Virus record (IMG/VR): IMGVR_UViG_3300037133_000055
Coordinates: 1 to 61,934 of that record
DNA from: a virus
Lineage: Duplodnaviria > Caudoviricetes
DNA: 61,934 bases
Direction: 5' to 3' (one strand)
This document shows, in pieces, positions 57,258 to 61,934 of the stretch (its first letter is position 1; every line of letters begins with the position of its first letter). The position numbers were made by a program, and so were the translations under genes. Below the pieces are notes generated by a model. That model was not told the DNA's origin. It worked only from the letters and a program-made list of their open reading frames with translations, and made no database searches.

Positions 57258-58466
57258 GTGGCTACATACACCAGCAACTTAGGATTAAAAATAATAGCTG
57301 GTCTGAGTATAACGTGTCTTAAGTACACACGTTATACTCCGGCTACAGTACCTCCTGGTTATGAGAGTTACTATGCTCAGCTTGGTGGTAATGCCAGCAC
57401 AGTAACCCTATCTGGAGATTACCTTGCGTGTCCAGTCACTCTCTCCATAGTGCCGCAATTAGCTACGGAACAGATCATGGTAACGCAGATCCGTAAGGAG
57501 ACTGTTCCTGCGATCGATGTTAGCAATAGTAGAACATACTATGACCCAAGAGTGACGGATATCATCTTCAGTTTCAGTTCGATCATTCCTGCATTTAATG
57601 TGCAGTTAGACTTGAATAGTATTTTCCTTCCTATCAATATTGGCAGGATGGAGATCATGATTCTCCACAATGGACAATGGGATACTATGGACAGCCAGAT
57701 ATCTGATGGTGTCATCAGTTTTGCAGCGACTCCGGGTACCTATGCTGTATGTCTCAATGTCTATGCATACTCTTCATTGACACAGCGCATGGCTAATCTT
57801 CTGCCGTCATGGATGGCCATTAGAACTAATCCATCTTCTACTGGCCAGCAGTTCTTAAACTACTTCGGCGTTGAACTTGATGACGTAAATGGTTACCTGG
57901 ACTGGACATTAGGAAACTTCTTTATTGGCAGTGCAGATACTAACATGCTTGATCACGCATACCGTGGAGTATTCCCTACCAATATGCAGCCAGGCCAGCC
58001 GGCAAAAGTTATTGGCAACGATCATCAAGTTGCTATCATCACTGATCAATATGAGTTTATGCGCTCCAATAGTCAGGTTGTTTTGTTTGATTACGTAAAT
58101 GGACTTATTCATACCAAGGTGCCGTACCAGGGATATCTACTCGTAGTCTATAACAACCATGAGTACACAGTAGACCTTGCCTATCATCAGGTATGGAATG
58201 CCTTTGATGAGTTTGCTTTGTTGCTAGGTGTTACACGTTGGTCAGGCGAAGCCAACTCTGATCTACGTGAACGAATTCTAGATGTCTTCAGGTATCCGGC
58301 CAATGCTACGCAGCTTGGCCTATATCAATCCATAGGACGTTCGTTGAATTTTGTTCGGCATGCTACCTGGCCAGACGATAGCGTGAACTTTGTTATCCAC
58401 GATCACAGTATCATTGATGGTACCGTACTTGTGGATGGAGTTCATGCTTCTATTGTTAGACTCTAA
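57258..58466 (+). CDS. Probable baseplate wedge protein
   Basis: LPSW..QQFLN.FG, AFDEFALLLG..R..GE.N..LRERI. Confidence 0.6.
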   Translation: MATYTSNLGLKIIAGLSITCLKYTRYTPATVPPGYESYYAQLGGNASTVTLSGDYLACPVTLSIVPQLATEQIMVTQIRKETVPAIDVSNSRTYYDPRVTDIIFSFSSIIPAFNVQLDLNSIFLPINIGRMEIMILHNGQWDTMDSQISDGVISFAATPGTYAVCLNVYAYSSLTQRMANLLPSWMAIRTNPSSTGQQFLNYFGVELDDVNGYLDWTLGNFFIGSADTNMLDHAYRGVFPTNMQPGQPAKVIGNDHQVAIITDQYEFMRSNSQVVLFDYVNGLIHTKVPYQGYLLVVYNNHEYTVDLAYHQVWNAFDEFALLLGVTRWSGEANSDLRERILDVFRYPANATQLGLYQSIGRSLNFVRHATWPDDSVNFVIHDHSIIDGTVLVDGVHASIVRL

Positions 58467-58486
58467 CCAATAAAGAGGTGTAAGTT

Positions 58487-59236
58487 ATGTCAGCGTTTGG
58501 AGTTACGATTCCTAGTAGTGGTCCAGTTGTGACAAGTGTCACGCCATCCTATGGACTAAATACTGAGATTACATTAGTAACTATCACTGGCTCTGGATTT
58601 TCTGGTGGTACCATTCATGAAGATACTAATGATGGGACACCTAAACAATTTCAGGACCCAGATGATTCAATATCTGTTTATATCGGGTCAACAGATATAA
58701 CAGTCTTTACTGTTGTTTCAGACAGCGAGATAACAGCAACCATACCAAGCAGCTCTGGATCTGTGGGAGCTCAAGATATAATCATAACAACATCCGCTGG
58801 AGCGAGTGTAACATCTACTAGCGATCAGTTTACCTACTTCCCTCTCGGCCCATCGCCCAACTACGGAGTGACAACACCTAACCTGCTTAGGGACGGTGCT
58901 CCACTCTACCAGGGTCAACCTCCACAACAATCCTGCGGCCTGGTACAGGTACCAGACGGAACAGTATATTTCATTACTGAGATTCATGTATGTAATACGA
59001 CTACGGCTTCTGCAACCTTCTCTCTCTATAAGGTTCCAGCTAGTGGGACTGTCGGTGATGATAACTGCATCTATTGTAGCATCGACGTTGACCCTAATGC
59101 ATCCTATCCGATCCAGCATACTATGTGGATGTTGGGTGGGGAAACATTAGTTGGCTCACAGAATACCCCAGGAGCAATTACCATAACTGTGAGCGGAACA
59201 GTGGCGTCAGTACCGTCAGCGCCAGACGCCGGATAA
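58487..59236 (+). CDS. IPT/TIG-domain virion protein
   Basis: PVVTSVTP..G..VTITGSGF..FTVVSDSEITAT.P..S..DQFTY. Confidence 0.8.
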   Translation: MSAFGVTIPSSGPVVTSVTPSYGLNTEITLVTITGSGFSGGTIHEDTNDGTPKQFQDPDDSISVYIGSTDITVFTVVSDSEITATIPSSSGSVGAQDIIITTSAGASVTSTSDQFTYFPLGPSPNYGVTTPNLLRDGAPLYQGQPPQQSCGLVQVPDGTVYFITEIHVCNTTTASATFSLYKVPASGTVGDDNCIYCSIDVDPNASYPIQHTMWMLGGETLVGSQNTPGAITITVSGTVASVPSAPDAG

Positions 59237-59246
59237 GGAGGCATGT

Positions 59247-61934
59247 ATGAAGTATCCCATCTATCCACCAGACATTAAGGGAATAGCTCCATTCCGCGTG
59301 CCCTCTACAAAGATCATGGTAGATCCTTCTGATCCTGGCCGCATAGGAGCTAAGTCATACAATGCATTTAAACCAATTCTCTCTGTGAAATATTTTGTTC
59401 ACTCTCCAGAGATTCCTCTGTTGAAGTATAGTATGTCCTTTGTAAATAAAGACAAGACATTTTATCTGCCGCCATTGTTTCATAAAGCTCAGGAGACACA
59501 AGTACTTAACGAGAGTATGACTCTTATTCAAAAGCATAAAACATTTTATACCCCACCTCTCTTTTCCAAGTTTCAAGAGAGCAACAATTCAAAGATTACG
59601 CTTGACGTTAGGGATACAGAAGGGATTACTTTTCTATCATCCCTGACACGAGATTTGGAGTCATCTTCAACATCTATCTGTGATGTTTATACTAGTCTTG
59701 ATGGCTCTACCATCAGTGCTTTTTTTGATGACTCTATGGCTGTCGCTCCAGCATCACCGGCAGGCTTTATAGTTGCCGTGAATGGTAACAATGCTGCAGT
59801 CACAGCAGTAGTCCAGAATGTCAATAACAATCACGAGTATGACTTAACTTTAGATACACCAGTTGAACAAGGACAGACAGTAACATTAAGCTATAGCTCT
59901 GCTGCAGGTGTACAGTCCCTTGGAGGAGTAGCACTTGTTAGTTTCACCAACGTAGAGGCAGTTAATAATGTGCCCTATGCTGGAGGGATAGACCAGTACA
60001 CAACGTTACTACTTCATTGCAACGGACCAAATGGTTGTGTAATCTTCTCTGACTCATCACAGAGTCAACATATTATTACAGCTTCGAATGGAGCCCAGAC
60101 AAGTACGACCGAAGCAGAGTTCGGAACATCGTCTGCCTTCTTCAATGGAAGCAACTCCTATCTGTCTACTCCGTCCAGTGACGATTTTGTTTTTGGTACA
60201 TTAGATTTCACTCTGGATGCATGTGTGTATTTGAATGCCATGCCAGCAGAAGATAGTTGGCCAGGTAGTTGGTCTAGCTGTATGCAGGTCCTTGGAGTTG
60301 GCACTCCCGGCCTTGGAGATGGCTGTGAGATTGTTCTAGGCGCAACCCAGATAATTCTGCAGAGCAATGATAATGAGATTATTCATGGTCCTCATGGCAT
60401 CAGCACTGGAGCATGGCATCATGTTGCAGTAACAAACAATGAGGGTACATTTAGATTATTTGTTGACGGAGTGATAGTGGCAACTGCTACATTCTCTGGT
60501 TCGATGGGAACGGGAAGTAATTTTTATCTTGGGTCTGAGACTGGCCAAGGAGCGTGGCTCAATGGATATATAACTGAGGCCAGAGTTTCTAGGGGTATCG
60601 CTCGTTGGACTGCTAACTTTACTCCACCGACAGAGCCATATTATAGCTCCTCCCCACCGGTTGTTTCTAACGTAAGCACAAGCACAGATGGTAGTACTAT
60701 TGCTGTAGTATTTAGCAAACCTATGGACACTGTGCCAATGGCACCAGCAGGGTTCACTGCAACAGTAGCAGGCAGTGCAGTCTCTATTGCATCCATTGCT
60801 TTTGATAGCAATAATAACAGCAATAATGAGTATGTCTTAACCCTGGCTACTCCGGTTGATGGGTACAATCAAACAGTGACATTGAGTTATGACTCAACAG
60901 CAGGCGTACAATCACAGGATGGGGTAGCTCTCGCTAGCTTCTCTAACTTGACAGTAACTAATGGCATGCCCTATGTCAGTCCCGTCGATGAGTACACTAC
61001 GTTGATGCTTCACTGCGATGGCCTGAATGGCGGCACTACCTTTTATGATTCATCTCCATCTCCTAATGTTGTCACTGTTAATGGTAGTGTATGCACAGAC
61101 ACTAGCACTAAAGAGTTTGGCACAGCGTCAGCCTCTTTTATTGGAGGATATGGGAATCTATCGATTCCTGGCAATGCTGGTTTTGACTTTGGTGTGGGTG
61201 ATTTCACCATTGAATGCTGGCTCAATACAGAGAATGCAGTATCTAATAATACTATCTTTGCTTATGGTGGCGATGGTAGCGGTTCAGGAGTTTATGCTTT
61301 CAGGAGTGCATGGAATGGTAATGTACCATCATTCGGATTCGATCCTGGTTCCAGTGGTCCAGGTATTATTCTTTCTGTTCCAATAGCAATTAATTCCTGG
61401 CACCATTTTGCAGTTGCCCGAAACAGCGATATTCTGTACATGTTTGTTGACGGTATCATTGTGAGTATTTTAAACATTGGAACTTATAGTGTACCTATTC
61501 CCGGCAATTACACATTCTATGTCGGCTCCAATGGAGGATATACTGGAGGATGGTTCTGGGACGGGCATGTAGACGAGTTCCGCGTCTCTAAGGGTATCGC
61601 TCGTTGGACAACCAACTTCACACCGCCGTTGGCACCATACCTGTCATTATCGACAGTTAACACCAATCAGATTCCAATGACAATTGACAACACAAGTGGT
61701 CCGGCTCTGAGTGCATATCAGAATATGATCTCTATTGACACAACAGACTTGATCAATACAGGCAAGATGCGCTCTGACTGTGGAGATATCTACGTAGTAG
61801 ATTCTGATGGAGCCACTCCATTGCCTTTCTGGATCAACCCTATCACAGTTAATACTCCGACCACCATGCTTTATGTTAAACGAGATATGGCTGCCGGAGA
61901 AGTTGCGACAATCTATGTACAGCATGGAGATCTA
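59247..61934 (+). CDS. Large adhesin/fibre, truncated by the window end: 2x(SwmB-like + LamG/ConA-like) then DUF2341-like
   Basis: SD AAGGAGG and ATG at 59247; frame runs to the window end; YTTL.LHC.G.NG..F.DSS..FT...W/C..WHH.AV..SK/RGIARW..NFTPP twice; GKMRSDCGDI..DG..LPFW. Confidence 0.8.
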   Translation, partial: MKYPIYPPDIKGIAPFRVPSTKIMVDPSDPGRIGAKSYNAFKPILSVKYFVHSPEIPLLKYSMSFVNKDKTFYLPPLFHKAQETQVLNESMTLIQKHKTFYTPPLFSKFQESNNSKITLDVRDTEGITFLSSLTRDLESSSTSICDVYTSLDGSTISAFFDDSMAVAPASPAGFIVAVNGNNAAVTAVVQNVNNNHEYDLTLDTPVEQGQTVTLSYSSAAGVQSLGGVALVSFTNVEAVNNVPYAGGIDQYTTLLLHCNGPNGCVIFSDSSQSQHIITASNGAQTSTTEAEFGTSSAFFNGSNSYLSTPSSDDFVFGTLDFTLDACVYLNAMPAEDSWPGSWSSCMQVLGVGTPGLGDGCEIVLGATQIILQSNDNEIIHGPHGISTGAWHHVAVTNNEGTFRLFVDGVIVATATFSGSMGTGSNFYLGSETGQGAWLNGYITEARVSRGIARWTANFTPPTEPYYSSSPPVVSNVSTSTDGSTIAVVFSKPMDTVPMAPAGFTATVAGSAVSIASIAFDSNNNSNNEYVLTLATPVDGYNQTVTLSYDSTAGVQSQDGVALASFSNLTVTNGMPYVSPVDEYTTLMLHCDGLNGGTTFYDSSPSPNVVTVNGSVCTDTSTKEFGTASASFIGGYGNLSIPGNAGFDFGVGDFTIECWLNTENAVSNNTIFAYGGDGSGSGVYAFRSAWNGNVPSFGFDPGSSGPGIILSVPIAINSWHHFAVARNSDILYMFVDGIIVSILNIGTYSVPIPGNYTFYVGSNGGYTGGWFWDGHVDEFRVSKGIARWTTNFTPPLAPYLSLSTVNTNQIPMTIDNTSGPALSAYQNMISIDTTDLINTGKMRSDCGDIYVVDSDGATPLPFWINPITVNTPTTMLYVKRDMAAGEVATIYVQHGDL

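Noticed and set aside
48191-61934. Diversity-generating retroelement or invertible fibre cassette
   Set aside because: No reverse transcriptase, recombinase or adenine-specific repeat pair seen in the window.
1-61934. tRNA, rRNA, integrase or att site
   Set aside because: No cloverleaf, rRNA-like or recombinase sequence recognised; lifestyle cannot be determined from this window.

Overview
This window is part of a large contractile-tailed (myovirus-type) phage genome. The host is probably a Bacillota member, judging from strong Shine-Dalgarno (SD) sites, a SpoVG-like gene and Cu-amine-oxidase-N-like domains. Bases 1-4550 hold a leftward cluster of small, often Cys-rich 'early-type' genes separated by structured RNA elements and a 20-bp-period repeat array. 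After a divergent control region (~4560-4885), one rightward virion operon runs to the window end: terminase, portal, protease, capsid, neck, two sheath paralogues, three tube paralogues, two chaperone paralogues, three giant proteins, baseplate, fibres, cell-wall/protein hydrolases and a truncated adhesin. The most notable features are: (i) two giant Lys/Arg-rich proteins in the tape-measure position, one with an intact DEDDh exonuclease and one with a degenerate SNase domain, plus a set of small membrane-segment proteins, together a possible ejected-protein system; (ii) frequent non-AUG starts (ATA/ATC/CTG/TTG), some with SD-sequestering structures; (iii) an Ig (Big_5-like) domain split between two adjacent genes; (iv) a 42-bp duplicated late-promoter candidate; (v) a 63-bp IS200/IS605-end remnant; (vi) an antisense lipoprotein moron with its own sigmaA promoter. 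All family assignments come from motif recognition by eye; no database searches were run.
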